This document shows positions 1 through 15,529 of a stretch of DNA of 64,000 nt, piece after piece. Numbering within the stretch: position 1 is the stretch's first letter; the number at the start of each line of letters is the position of its first letter. Made by a program: the position numbers and the translations under genes. This DNA is from Macrostomum hystrix. Its lineage: Eukaryota > Animalia > Platyhelminthes. The stretch lies in the NCBI GenBank assembly GCA_950097015.1, contig CATNEN010000024.1:3410001-3474000 (forward strand). The letters run 5' to 3'. A model generated the notes under the pieces. It did not search any database. It was not told the DNA's origin and saw nothing but the letters and a program-made list of their open reading frames with translations.

Positions 1-240
1 GGTGGAGGAGGTGGTGGATGAGGTGGAGGAGGGAGTAGATGAGGTGGAGGAGGGAGTAGATTAGGTGGATGAGGGAGTAGATAAAGTTGAGGAGGGAGTG
101 GATGAGGTAAAGGAGGGAGTAGATGAGATGGACGAAGGAGTACGGTAGGTAGAGCAGTGAGTAGAGTGGAGAAGGTAGATACAAGGTAGACGGTAGAAGA
201 GTAGAAATGGTAGATAAGAAAGTAGGATGTGTGGAGGAGG
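1..240. repeat. GA-rich low-complexity repeat (intron of RNF11-like gene)
   Basis: Degenerate ggtggaggag/gagtagatga units; the overlapping S/T/P-rich minus-strand ORF is an artefact of the repeat. Confidence 0.8.
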
Positions 241-286
241 GAGTTGGGTAGGTGAAGGGGTGCTGTTTTCACACACAGCAACTCAC

Positions 287-1772
287 TCTCTCTCGTCGTC
301 CTTGTCTCGCTCAATGAAGAACCGAATCGGCAGGTAGCCAATCAGGCCGATTCGTTTGGCAATTTTCACCTGCTCATCCTCAGTGAGTTCTTCTACTCGG
401 CGACTCGAGTCCGGAGACAGAAAGTAGCGCTGCTGCTGCTGTGTCGCGAAATGGCGAGGGGCATTGTGTTTGTGCTTATTTTGTACTTTATGTAGGGTTG
501 AGTATAAACAAAAAACTGGCACCCTTGATTGTACTATTGTAAGTGCACGAATGCAATTAAAGAAATATGACACCTCGCTTAAAATAAGACACACACATTG
601 ATCTGAGCCTTGTGGGCCAAGAAGCGATAATAAACACTCAGGTTCACATGTTCTTCCTTTCTGGCGAACCAAAAAAACTTTCTGCTCATGTTTTTAATTA
701 TACATGTAGCTCATCTAGTAATAGAAGCTAGATACATAATACTATATTTTTATACTATATTTTATACTATACTATATACTATATATAAAATACAGATGAA
801 TGTTCTGGCATAAATTCAATGTTGTAAAAGATTGAGTAAGAAACAAGTCATTTATTAGCACAACTTTTTGGTTGCAACTTATAAAATGTTGTTGTACAGT
901 GAAGTAAATTCACAAACTTTACATCAAATTTTCACATTTTAAGATATTTTCTTATATATATTTATTACTTATTGCTTATAGTTTTGGTCTTTGTAACTGT
1001 TTATAAATAGTTTAAATCATAAATTTAAAGCATTGCAGGATTATCATTATTATTTGTCATGTTTTATAATTAAATATTATATGTGTAAAACACTATTCAA
1101 CACAAACCCCTTAGCAGTTTTTTCTAAATTATAGACATCTTAATCTGATTGGCCTAATTTGGCATAAAGCTTCGGGGCCAGTTTTCCACTTGGCATAATT
1201 TCGAGTAAAATGAAGAAAGCATGCCAATTTTTTTCTGGCATATAGCCAACATAATCTAGACTAAGGCCTATAGAAAAGATATGCTTGTGAGAATTAAAAT
1301 ATATAAAACATTATGAACATATTCAAAGGTTATAAAGTAAGCTTAAGTAAAAATAAAAAACCTTAACAAGATTAGCTTGCTATTTATAAAATATATAAAA
1401 TAAAAACAATTAACAATAGGCCTACCCTTTTATAAGCTGAAAGTTCTGAAACCAAACTGGCTAGGCCTATAGACTTTCGTTAAATAGGAACACAATAGCA
1501 AAATATTTTTAAACTCAATCTCAATATAAGTCTTTTTATTTGGCAAAATATAAATAATGGAACATGACAGCCAAAATTTGCCAAAGCCAAAAAGGTCACC
1601 CTCAGAAAATAATTTCAATTCAATAACATATTACCTGAGGTGCATTAGGTCTACTCCTTCTAGAGCCCCTTTGCTGTCGATTTCTTCGATCACTATTTTC
1701 TCGCAAAAGACTAGTATGGCTACCTTGATTATCTTCCAATGAATTGACACAGTTTCTCAGAGAATTTCCCAT
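287..1772 (-). CDS. RNF11: RNF11-like RING-H2 protein, first two coding exons (1772-1635, ~438-287); RING exon lies beyond the window start
   Basis: Exon 1 MGNSLRNC...HTSLLRENSD resembles RNF11 MGNCLKS...ISLLHES and ends at CAG|GTAA (phase 0). Exon 2 ELTEDEQVKIAKRIGLIGYLP matches RNF11 QLTEEEQIRIAQRIGLIQHLP and ends GA|GTGAGT just before the expected RING CxxC. Confidence 0.8.
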
Positions 1773-3144
1773 AGGAATTTTTTTGTTTTGATATGTTGTT
1801 TGGTTTAATGACTGAACTTTGATAACTAGCTCTTTATTTAGTAGCACGCAAATGGTAGTTGTGTCGTCTGAAGTTTTCTCGAAATCTCATCACAATTCAC
1901 AGAGTGTGTGACGTGTTTAAGAGTGATCGATAGAATAAACGGCCTCTTGGCTCTTTTAGTTTTAAAAAGGAATTCAGTAAGGGTGATTATTAAAAAAGTG
2001 ACAAAATGTTAGGGTTAGGCCCCTATTCCAATTATTTTAAGTATCAAATATGCTTCCCTTCTTAGCGAGTTCCTGGATATTTCGAAAGCTATTATGAACT
2101 ATACAGCTTCAACTAGCCCTTTAAACTTTGCTCCCTCCCTCGATCATCCAGATGATTTCTAATTTTAAACCGTTCAAAGTTTTTACGAGAAACTAAAAGT
2201 ACAAGTCTCCCAAGTAAAACAAAAAGGTCAGCTCACACTTAAGAAGCTTTAAACCACAGTGTTCTATCGCCAGTTTTCATAATTTTCACTTATTTTCGTC
2301 ACATATTTAGTATGACAAATAACTAACTAATATTCGTTTCGAATATTCGTTTTTAGGGGTAAATGGCTATAAAATGCAGCTTTAGTTCTGTTTTAGTATT
2401 TGTACGTCTTTCTGAAATAGTAACTACTGTGATGATAATGATGTCCTAATACCACATAGACTTGAATTATTTCTATATTTTGACATTTATATCAAGCCGA
2501 GCTTACCGAGATGGCACTAAAGCATACAGATGACGCGCAATACTTTTGAAGTCCCTTCCAACAATAAAAGCAAAGTAAAACCGTATAGATAATTATTTCT
2601 TTACCAGAGAGTTGATATGTGTCATTTAATCCTTCATCATGCATCCATCCATTTGTTCTAAATGCCTAATTAGCACAACTGTGTCTGGCATCGCGACTGC
2701 CACCTTCCGCAGCCCATGCAGCTCCATGCACCAACTCATCAGATGTCGTTCCCAGGGCTAGCACAATGGACCCGATGACCCTGAAGATAATTGACAATAA
2801 GTTACCGATCGTCCATAAGCGATAAAAAATATTAAAATACTACGGTAGAAAAATAAATTTTTGTCCTAATTATTCTGCTGATAAAAATAGCTACAAAGTC
2901 AGTTCAATCTAACATTCTCGTTTCTGATGCAAGACCCGCCCATAGATATGTCCAATTCTTTAAGTTTATTCTCGGTTTTCGTAACACGACGCTAAAAGTC
3001 TGAAAAAGATTCAGATTTTTAGGCATTGTATTTTTAATTTAAAGAATAAATTGAACATTTCTAACCTTTTTTTGCTTTTCAACGACAGAGATCATATAGC
3101 AAGACACAAATCAGGACAGCCAGCACCTCGTTTATTAATTTCCA

Positions 3145-6566
<3,422 letters not shown>

Positions 6567-6567
6567 G

Positions 6568-6660
6568 CCACGGAGAGAAGGCTTTGGGGGCTTGTCGTGC
6601 AATTGGCGTCCTTGAGGGCCAACCACCCAGGCACAGTGAGAGAACACACTGTCTGACAAC
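6568..6660 (+). mobile_element. SINE family B internal fragment
   Basis: gccacggagagaaggctttgggggcttgtcgtgcaatt...ttgagggcca matches the middle of 7902-8253. Confidence 0.75.
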
Positions 6661-7901
6661 AAAAATAAGTTTGGGCAGTTGTGCACACCTTGTGAGCAGG
6701 AGTAGGATATATGCGCTAGCAGGAGCCGGTGGAATGGGCAGCATTGTCTCTCCTGGCTCTGGGTTCATAGTCATCGAATGATGCGCATAAGAGGAGTTTC
6801 ACAGGATACACTTTAACCAGACAGAGAAGCGCAATATAGAAACTAAACTAGAGTTCCGCCGTTGCTACGGATTCGGGCACGGGAAGTTACGGATGAGGAA
6901 ACGGTTGCGGGAACTTTTGTTTTCCTGTTTCTTGAGTTTTTGCCGACTAAAGCCCTTTAGTAGCAATTTTCGAATTTCTATCTGCGTGTGTGTGGAGTTG
7001 AGCGTGTGGTTCTCTAGTCCCCAGCCTGTGGAAACTCAGGCTCTAGAGATTAAAATACTATGTGCATGATGTGCGGTGTTAGAGGGGTTTAACCCCGAGC
7101 CTTTTTGAGTTCTAAACTACACATTTTTGCATTTCTGAGAGCTACATGTATCTGTATGTAATTATTTTTGTTAAACACGTCACCTCCGTTGATGCATGTC
7201 AGAGAGAAGCTGCTGAACAATTCCGGTAATCCGAGAGAGGTCCCGATCGGAATGTTTCTGCCGTGGCGCAGTTGCGAGGCTGTGAACCGGACTCGACGTC
7301 TGTGGCGTCACATTGGCGGTGACTCGCCGGCTGTATCCAGAACCGTGGGTAAAACGACCAGCAGCCCGGTCGCTCGGAACCGGAACAACGTCGAAAATGT
7401 GCGCTTTAGCAGTAGAAAGAGCACGCTAGTGTTAAAGTTAATCTTTGGTATTCAATTTTTGAACAATCGGACAGCCTTTTATACTGAATTATGATACGTC
7501 AATGCCGTCCCAACCTCTGAACCTTTGCTTTACAGCAAACAATGGTCAGCCAATCCCTCTCTGAGAAGGAATACTCAGTTCAGCGTTGGACATTCAAAAG
7601 CCAGCACAAAGCAAAGTCTGCATGGTGAGAAGCCAAGACTATTCTTATGTAGGGCCAACTGTTTGGGGAAACCCTAAGTTGCATGAGTTCAACCAGCTGC
7701 TATTAGCTGGGGGGGAATTTGGTTGGTGAGTTACCTTTGAAATGCTTCTGTAAATCTCAGCTGGGTTTGGTATCATTTTATTCTGTTGTATTCCATTCTA
7801 TTGTCTCTTAAAACTGTAGACAGATTTATATTAACAAAACAAAAAACCGATGAAAGTCACTGGGCGCAAATTTACCTCAACCCGTTGTAACGTCGTAGAA
7901 T

Positions 7902-8253
7902 GGGGGTCCGTGGCAGGGCGGTTAACTCGTTTGTCTCTCGCACCAAGGTCCCTAAGTTCGATTCCGCGGCGAGGCCACATTTATTTGGGGCGCAGCCGCG
8001 GAGAGAAGGCTTGGGGGCTTGTCGTGCAATTTACGCCTTTGAGGGCCAGCCTCCAATGCACAGTGAAGTGTACACTGCCTGACGATGAGAAAGTCAAGGC
8101 AGATGTACACACCTGTGTGAGCGTGTGCCTGGGTACAGTATCTGTGTGCGTGTGTGCTCAGGAGTCAGCGAAATGTGCAGAATTGCCTCCTCGCTGGCTG
8201 CGGGTCTAGTGTCACCGAATGATGTGCCATTGCCCGCTTGTTATTATTATTAT
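7902..8253 (+). mobile_element. SINE family B, near full length (tRNA-derived head, ATT tail)
   Basis: A-box-like gtggcagggcgg, B-box-like gttcgattcc and a (att)n tail; homologous copies at 6568, 17549, 27335 and 45075. Confidence 0.85.
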
Positions 8254-8784
8254 ATCGTCGTAGAAGGCACAAAGCGTTGGTGGCACGATAAGATCAAATG
8301 GGTTGGGGTTGGATGTGTTGCAGTGTATTAGAAAGAGTCATAGATGTACGAGTACGAGTATTTAGCTCATTAGGATGCATAGAAGGTTCATTAGAAGATC
8401 TTGGCATTCCAACAGCATTAACACATCAATTCCACTTGCATTCCTTCCTTTCCCGCGTATGCGACAACTTTAAAGCTGCAACTGCCGTTCAAAGCGACCA
8501 GCGAAGAGGCAGTTGGAGCCCTCTTACAACATGTGCTGCTTAATGAGCGGCATCTGCGGCTTCAGCATTCAGCGAAAGTCAAGCACTGGCGGCCAGTCCA
8601 GTTCTACATTCGTCCGACCGACCTGCTTCGTTGAAATTGTGCACCAAGATTGACAAAATCTTTATTTGTCACACTGAAAGTTGCTGTGCTGAAAGGGACC
8701 AATCTTCAGTGAAATATTCCAGTATACAAACTTTTAGTCCAGGCACTTACTAACGCCACCTTTTCTCATTTTTACCACTTTTTT

Positions 8785-9125
8785 ACTCAAGCCTCCATAC
8801 CTACCAACACCTCCTGATCACCAGCCAACTCAAGCCTCCATACCTACCAACACCTCCTGATCACCAGCCAACTCAAGCATCCATACCTACCAACACCTCC
8901 TGATCACCAGCCAACTCAAGCCTCCATACCTACCAACACCTCCCGATCACCAGCCAACTCAAGCCTCCATACCTACCAACACCTCCTGATCACCAGCCAA
9001 CTCAAGCCTCCATACCTACCAATACCTCCCGATCACCAGCCAACTCAAGCCTCCATACATACCAACACCTCCTGATCACCAGCCAACTCAAGCCTCCATA
9101 CAAACAAACACCTACGGATCACCAG
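8785..9125. repeat. 43-bp minisatellite, ~8 copies
   Basis: actcaagcctccatacctaccaacacctcctgatcaccagcca at 8785, 8828, 8871 and onward. Confidence 0.92.
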
Positions 9126-9379
9126 ATCCTACATTTACTTCCACTATGACCAACCTACTCAAATATTCACCCATATAAACGCACCGGATGCTGCACAGCT
9201 TCCACGAACATATTTTTTATGGGTCTGATCGTTAGTTTTTTATAACAAAGAAATGTCACTTTTACTGTATGTACTGGCAACTGATCTTTCAAATTTCTTT
9301 GAGTTGCTCATTTCACGAAAAATTTATTCTTTGATGGATGGAAGCATTCTCATATTCAGACTGTACCGGGGAAGTCCCC

Positions 9380-9562
9380 GTAGCAACAGAGAACCAATGT
9401 CCCCCCAGCAACAAAGCAACAGAGAACCAACGTCCCCCCAGCAACAGAGCAACAGAGAACCAATGTCCCCCCAGCAACAGAGCAACAGAGAACCAATGTC
9501 CCCCCAGCAACAGAGCAACAGAGAACCAATGTCCCCCAGCAACAGAGAACCAATGTCCCGCC
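9380..9562. repeat. ~36-bp minisatellite, ~5 copies
   Basis: Repeated agcaacagagaaccaatgtcccccagcaac(ag). Confidence 0.88.
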
Positions 9563-11974
9563 AAATAAACTTTTTGATCAAAATTATGATTAATAATACC
9601 TGTTGTTCGACATTCACAGTTTCTTGCTGATCGATCGCTCAACATACGACCTGCTAAAAGGACACTACTAATGTTAGTATCAATCGGACATGATCGGGGG
9701 ACAGTCAAATAGCTTAAAAGTCTTGGGACTGCGCGTTGCTGGCCAGACGCGGGGAAGCTCTATTTACAATGGCTACAGCTGAACAATCGCAGGGAGGCAC
9801 CAAAGAGAATTTATAAATGCTTCCCATTGTGCAGACCTCCTGCATTATTCTTAAAAGACAACGGCTGTTAATATTTTTTGTCTAAGAGAGTATTTTAGGG
9901 ATAGAGGGAACAGTCGGAGCAGCGTAGTGCCCTGCGTCAAGTATTACCAGTGAGCAGGGGCTTACTGCAGCGACTGAAGAAGAATTGTGGGAGAAAAGAA
10001 TGAATAGAAACAGCAATACAGAAGGGCTGGTTGCTGTAAACAATGGAACGCAAGAGAAACCTTGCTCACTTCCTTCTGCTTCTATTCCTAAATTTTCCTT
10101 CCCAGAAATTTCCCCAGAGCCTACCACGAGCTTCTTTGTAATTTTTTCTAGCCTGATTTCCACGAAGGTTGCCGTTGGCAACAGCGCTCGCTCGCGTCCT
10201 TTCTCTCCCTTCCCTGGGATGTTGTCCCCCAGGGCTGTCTCTGCTTGGACAGATGCGCACTAAACCTCCGCTTGCCAGGATGAGGCCAACCCGCAGCATG
10301 CACCTGAGTGCCATGGTTGGTGACAAATAACTAATGTCAATTCAGAAAGCTGCTGAGTAGCTAAGTCCCAATCAAAGTGTGGGAAATTCTCCAGCGCTAC
10401 AAGCACGGTTTAGGGACTAAAATAGGGCGGGAATTGGAACAACTGCTCACAATGCAGCCGTGACTCGGTGGTGAGTGACTCGCACTGGCAGCTAACTCTG
10501 CTAGTTGCCATGAGCAAGCGGCTATGAGCGAAACTCGGCCTGGTGACTTGTAGCTGACGCATGAATCACTGCTTTCGGCAGCACTTCCAGCAGCAGCAGC
10601 AGCAGCAGCAGCAGCTTCACCACCAGCGACAACTAAGACGTCGCGACTGGGTTCGCAAGCTCGGCCAGGCGGGTTGCTCCGATGGCAGCAGCATGCTGAG
10701 TCTGGAGTTCGGCTTGGCAGGCGCTCGGGCATTTCAACGGCCGCCAACTGGGCGACATCGAGGCGACGCCGGGGACTCCAACTGGATGTCGGGCGCAGCG
10801 GCTGGAAGCAGCTTGCCAAGGATTGGTGGCGCCATTTCTGCTGGACTGAGAAGTCAACCCTCGACAGCTTCTTATCAGCAGCGGCAGCATCTGGCCTCTC
10901 CAAGGTAAACCGGAGTTGTATCTGGCTTAAATCGTAACGTAATGCGTTGGAATATTTGTCCTAAACTACCCAGTCCTATAGTGACATGTCCATTAACAGT
11001 TGGACTACCAAGCCCTTTTGCTTAATTCAAGTTTGTCAAGTTTGTCTCAATTTAAATGAAAAACGCTTTCAATACGTAATTAATAGCCTTTTCAATTTGA
11101 AAATCCAGGTGCTTGCTTACGTCACCTAGACGGGAGCCGTCGCCGCAGAAATCACCTCGTGATCAGCAGCAGGCATCATCATGCACGCCGCCTCCGCCGT
11201 TACTGTACATCAGCGGCAGCCGGCAGGCTCCGTCAGCAACTCGGAGACCGTGGCAGCGAGCAACTCAGCACAATCATCAGCAGCAGGTGCAGCCAGCAAG
11301 ATCCGCTCTGTCGGCGGTGGCGATAGCGCGGCGTAGACCTGGACGCAGCGCAGTGTCAGCCGCGGCCAACTTCGGCTCCGGGCTCAGCAGGCGGACAGTG
11401 GGACCGTGGCCGGCTGCCGACATCAGCGCCGAAGATGAGACCGTGACCATGCTGCGCCATCTGCTGGAGTCGGCGACAACCTGTCCGCTGGCCGAGGCCG
11501 ACACTCGAGCAGATGACGGCGCTAGACAGCAGGCCGGAGAGGCGACGACAGCAGAGGTGGCGAGGCTGAGATGAGTGTGGTTTAACAGTGGAAAGACTAC
11601 GCTGTTTTTCTCAATTCAGCTGGGGAAATACCACGGGGATATTTCAAATACCAACCGTCTACTTCACGAAAGCTCCCAAACCGAATGACTGATTTTGTAA
11701 AAGTCCACCGTACGGATGGATCTAAATTTTACGCCTTGAACGCCTGCAGGAAAAAATGTGGGTATTTGACGTGGTTTTTCTTCTTGTTCAGAAGCTAATG
11801 TGTGATGCCGGAGCCCACAGCAACCCACTGTGACTTCGCACAAACGCATTTTCGTCAAACAACAAGTCTACTACGAGACTACAAGTCTACTCGTATAATT
11901 AGTCAAATGAGTTTAAGTATTTCAGTCAATAAATGCTTGTTGCAAGGTTGATAAACAAATAGCTTTTTGGTCTA

Positions 11975-12604
11975 TACTCAGCAACAACTAAACCCCCCCC
12001 CAACTCACGCTGTCACACGGGCACAAAAGTTAAGCAATGTCTTTAATTCTAGTCTCAGTATCGTGTGTAGTAACCACGAGCATGCAAAAGTGCCGTGACT
12101 CGTCGTGGCATCCTGATCACCAGCCGGTTGATGAACTCTTGGGGCAGCTGCTGCCAGGCATTCAGCACCGCCAGTCGCAACTGTTCAGCATTCTGTGGGG
12201 CATCCTGCTGAACTCTTCGCTTTACAAAGTCCCAGACATGCTCGATGGGGTTCATGTCTGGAGACTTTGACGGCCAGTTCAATGTGCGAATGCCGAGCTG
12301 CTCCTTCAGCAGCTGCACGTGTGCTGCTCGATGTGGCGCAGCGTTGTCGTCTTGAAGCATGCAGTTCTGCGGGCCGCCAAAGGTTGTCGTAGCAAATGGC
12401 AGAAACTGCTGCTGTAGCAGCTCTGCATACGAGCGTAGGTCTGCCCAGTTACATTCTGCTCCAGAATGACAAGCTCTGTTTTGCCATTCAGTGCGATGCC
12501 AGCCCAGGCGTGCAGTGAAACACATTTCTGAGTCACCGATGGCATACAAAACTTTTGGGCCGTGTGACAGCGTGAGTTGGGGGGGGTTTAGCTGTTGCTG
12601 AGTA
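11975..12604 (-). mobile_element. Internally deleted Tc1-family (DD34E) element
   Basis: ~45-bp TIRs (tactcagcaacaactaaacccccccc.. / ..ggggggggtttagctgttgctgagta) flanked by TA. It keeps only the C-terminal catalytic half, QDDNAAPH...WPSKSPDMNPIEHVW (34 residues between D and E), with a frameshift. Confidence 0.92.
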
Positions 12605-13297
12605 TAGATAGCTCTTTTGTGACTCAATTGGGTTCTAGTTAATATCTAAGTTTTATATAATACGCTCGTACATTTTCTTTGTTTTTAATGTTTTTTCATG
12701 CAATGTACTCCGCTTTGACTACAGCAAACAGCGAAGTTCAAAGACTAAACTAGAAAGTACACTTGCACTTTCCATAATCTTTCGCTCGTTTCGAACTATT
12801 TTGTTGACTTTGTTATTGTGTTTTGGTCACCTACTTTAGTTGTGCTTTTGTTACGCGTACTTGCGCCGTGCTTTGTACATTATACTCAGAGATTTGTTTG
12901 GAAATAAATAACATACGTCAAGGACTGAGTCTTTGTTTGTCGATACTCGTACATCGTCAATAAATTTGATTTTTTCTAATGGGTTAAAAGTCCACCATCC
13001 AGGGAAGTAAAAACAATGGTTATAAAAAATTATCTGTTAATTGATTACATGCCAGCTAAAAACTGTGACAGTTAAATACCAATTTTTAGTTGCTACAGAA
13101 GCCTGGGAACTAGCAATAGTGAAAATAGTTCATATGTTCGAGAATGGTCGTATTACTGAATTGGAGTGGAATACAAGTGCTGAATACATGTTTGAGAATT
13201 CTGGAAATTAATTTGAGTTCTGTTTTTTCTTCTTGAATTACGAGCGTAGAAAACAATGTCCATCATGGATGCAGCTCTCGCTTTCGCCGTATCGAGC

Positions 13298-14263
13298 TTA
13301 GGCCTTGTTGGCTGGGTAGCCAGGGTTGTAGTTGGTCAACCGGTAACCAGACTGGTTGAAACCCGTATTGCCCCACGACCGGAAATCGTAGGGCCCAGTC
13401 ACCTGGCGCTGCTCGTTGGGTCCAAGGACGGCTGCTCCACTCATCGGCAACTGTTGACCTGGCTGAGCTGGCTGACCCGGCGCTTGCGAAAAAGAACCGC
13501 TAGAGAGGGGTTGCTGCTGCTGCTGTCCAGCAGGTCCCTGAGGCCATTGGCCAGCCTGGGTCTGCTGGCCCTGAGGCCATTGACCAGCCTGGGTCTGCTG
13601 GCCCTGAGGCCATTGGCCAGGCTGGGTCTGCTGGCCCTGAGGATACTGGCCAGGCTGGGGCTGTGGCTGACCGTAGGTTCCAGGCTGGGGCTGTGGCTGA
13701 CTGTAGGTTCCAGGCTGGGGCTGTGGCTGACCGTAGGTTCCAGGCTGGGGCTGTGGCTGACCGTAGGTTCCTGGCTGAGGCTGTGGCTGACCGTAGGTTC
13801 CAGGCTGGGGCTGTGGCTGACCGTAGATTCCTGGCTGAGGCTGTGGCTGACCGTAGGTTCCTGGCTGAGGCTGTGGCTGACCGTAGGTTCCTGGCTGAGG
13901 CTGTGGCTGACCGTAGGTTCCTGGCTGAGGCTGTGGCTGACCGTAGGTTCCTGGCTGAGGCTGTGGCTGACCGTAGGTTCCTGGCTGAGGCTGTGGCTGA
14001 CCGTAGGTTCCTGGCTGGGCCTGTGGCTGACCGTAGGTTCCAGGCTGGGGCTGTGGCTGACCGTAGGTTCCAGGCTGGGGCTGTGGCTGACCGTAGGCCG
14101 TCGGTATGCCGTAGCCGGGCTGCTGGTAGCCGTAGCCGGCACCTGGCGGCGGCATTTGGTCGTACTGGCCGGGCGGGCCACCAGACTGCAGCCCCTCGAG
14201 TCCGATGGGCGGCGGGGCGCCGCCGTATCCGCCGGGGTTCTGGCTCGGATAGCTTGGGTACAT
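13298..14263 (-). CDS. Pro/Gln/Gly/Tyr-rich repeat protein ([10 protein letters not shown] x~15), 321 aa
   Basis: ATG-to-TAA ORF with non-repetitive termini and a coherent P/G/Q/Y composition; 30-bp codon-preserving repeats. Confidence 0.65.
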   Translation of the reverse strand: MYPSYPSQNPGGYGGAPPPIGLEGLQSGGPPGQYDQMPPPGAGYGYQQPGYGIPTAYGQPQPQPGTYGQPQPQPGTYGQPQAQPGTYGQPQPQPGTYGQPQPQPGTYGQPQPQPGTYGQPQPQPGTYGQPQPQPGTYGQPQPQPGIYGQPQPQPGTYGQPQPQPGTYGQPQPQPGTYGQPQPQPGTYSQPQPQPGTYGQPQPQPGQYPQGQQTQPGQWPQGQQTQAGQWPQGQQTQAGQWPQGPAGQQQQQPLSSGSFSQAPGQPAQPGQQLPMSGAAVLGPNEQRQVTGPYDFRSWGNTGFNQSGYRLTNYNPGYPANKA

Positions 14264-15529
14264 TCTGTGGCAGTTTTCTCTTGCTAACTCTGGCGCAACG
14301 TTTCACTAGTTAGACTAGACTGACTGCTCTTCGTTAGTGATAAACGCTTGGTCTGCGAGACATTACATATACCCTGACTGGTCAGAACCTGTCTCACTCG
14401 CTTAGTCCACACGCCTTCGTCTCATTGTACGCATTTGCGTGCGCGTGCACAGTCTTGTGCGCAAACAATTATTCGCAGCTGCTCAATGTTCTCACCCCCT
14501 CTTTCCGTCTCCTTTGAGCGGGTGCAGCTCTAGCCTGATGCCTGTGAATCACGAATTGAGTTGTTGAGCATAAAAGGCCGCCAGTAGGAAAGCATTTGTC
14601 GCGGCATTATTTTCAGACTGGCAGGCACGGTGCCGGCGAAATTTGCTCATTTTTTTTGTTCTTCTAAAACTGAAAAGGCACCTTGCCTAAAATTTCACTT
14701 CGAGGCAATGGCCTTCAGGCACTCGTCGGCCATTGCATAATAAGAATTAACTGCCACGTTGCAATGGAATTGTTGGAAATTTTAACCAATGATGCCCATT
14801 GGAAGTCAGAGTTTTAGGCAATGGCCTTTGACACGGTAGCCGGCGATGAACCCTCCATTGCCTTCATTGCGAAGTTTGGTTAAGTAACACATCAAGTACT
14901 GGTTGAAGACGGGCAATATTATAGTGAAATGATGAAAGTTCCCATGGGAAATGATTGACTAGCAGGACGATTTATCCTTCCTACTCGACTCTACTGTGCT
15001 CAATTTTGTATAATGTTCGGTAGTAATTTGACACTTGCACGCGATTTATTTAGCATTCGAGCCGCTGCGCTGCAGCTGATGGCCCTCTAAACTTTTGAAG
15101 CCGCGGTTGCATTCACTCGAAACTGGTTGATGCCAATTCTTGCATACAAGGCTGGGCCAGTGTGGGACAGCGAAGCAAACAGCTAATCGCACACTAGTTA
15201 AAGGGGCTAGAGAATTTGATCAAGTTCCCCCAATGGCCAATTCCCGCGGGTTGGGAAACCATGGCCTTCTCTTGGTGTGTGTGAGCAAGCGCTCAAGCGC
15301 GTCAGGACTGATCATTTGGCTGAAGAAGACTATTATTAAAATTTGCACTAGTACTGCACTGCCTCAGCCTTGCAGCTATTGAGACAAGAAGAGAAGCAAC
15401 TGGCTGCCGGTTTTTGAGAACTCCATCACCAACAATCATTTTACTTCCATTCTTATGTCGCTAGTAGGAAGCAACTGGAATCGACTGCCACGCCGCAATT
15501 CGCCTGACACACTTCAGCAGCCGGCCACA

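Noticed and set aside
13256-14313. Four additional long ORFs overlapping the PQG-repeat gene
   Set aside because: Stop-free alternative frames of a 30-bp repeat; only the minus-strand P/Q/G/Y frame has coherent unique termini.
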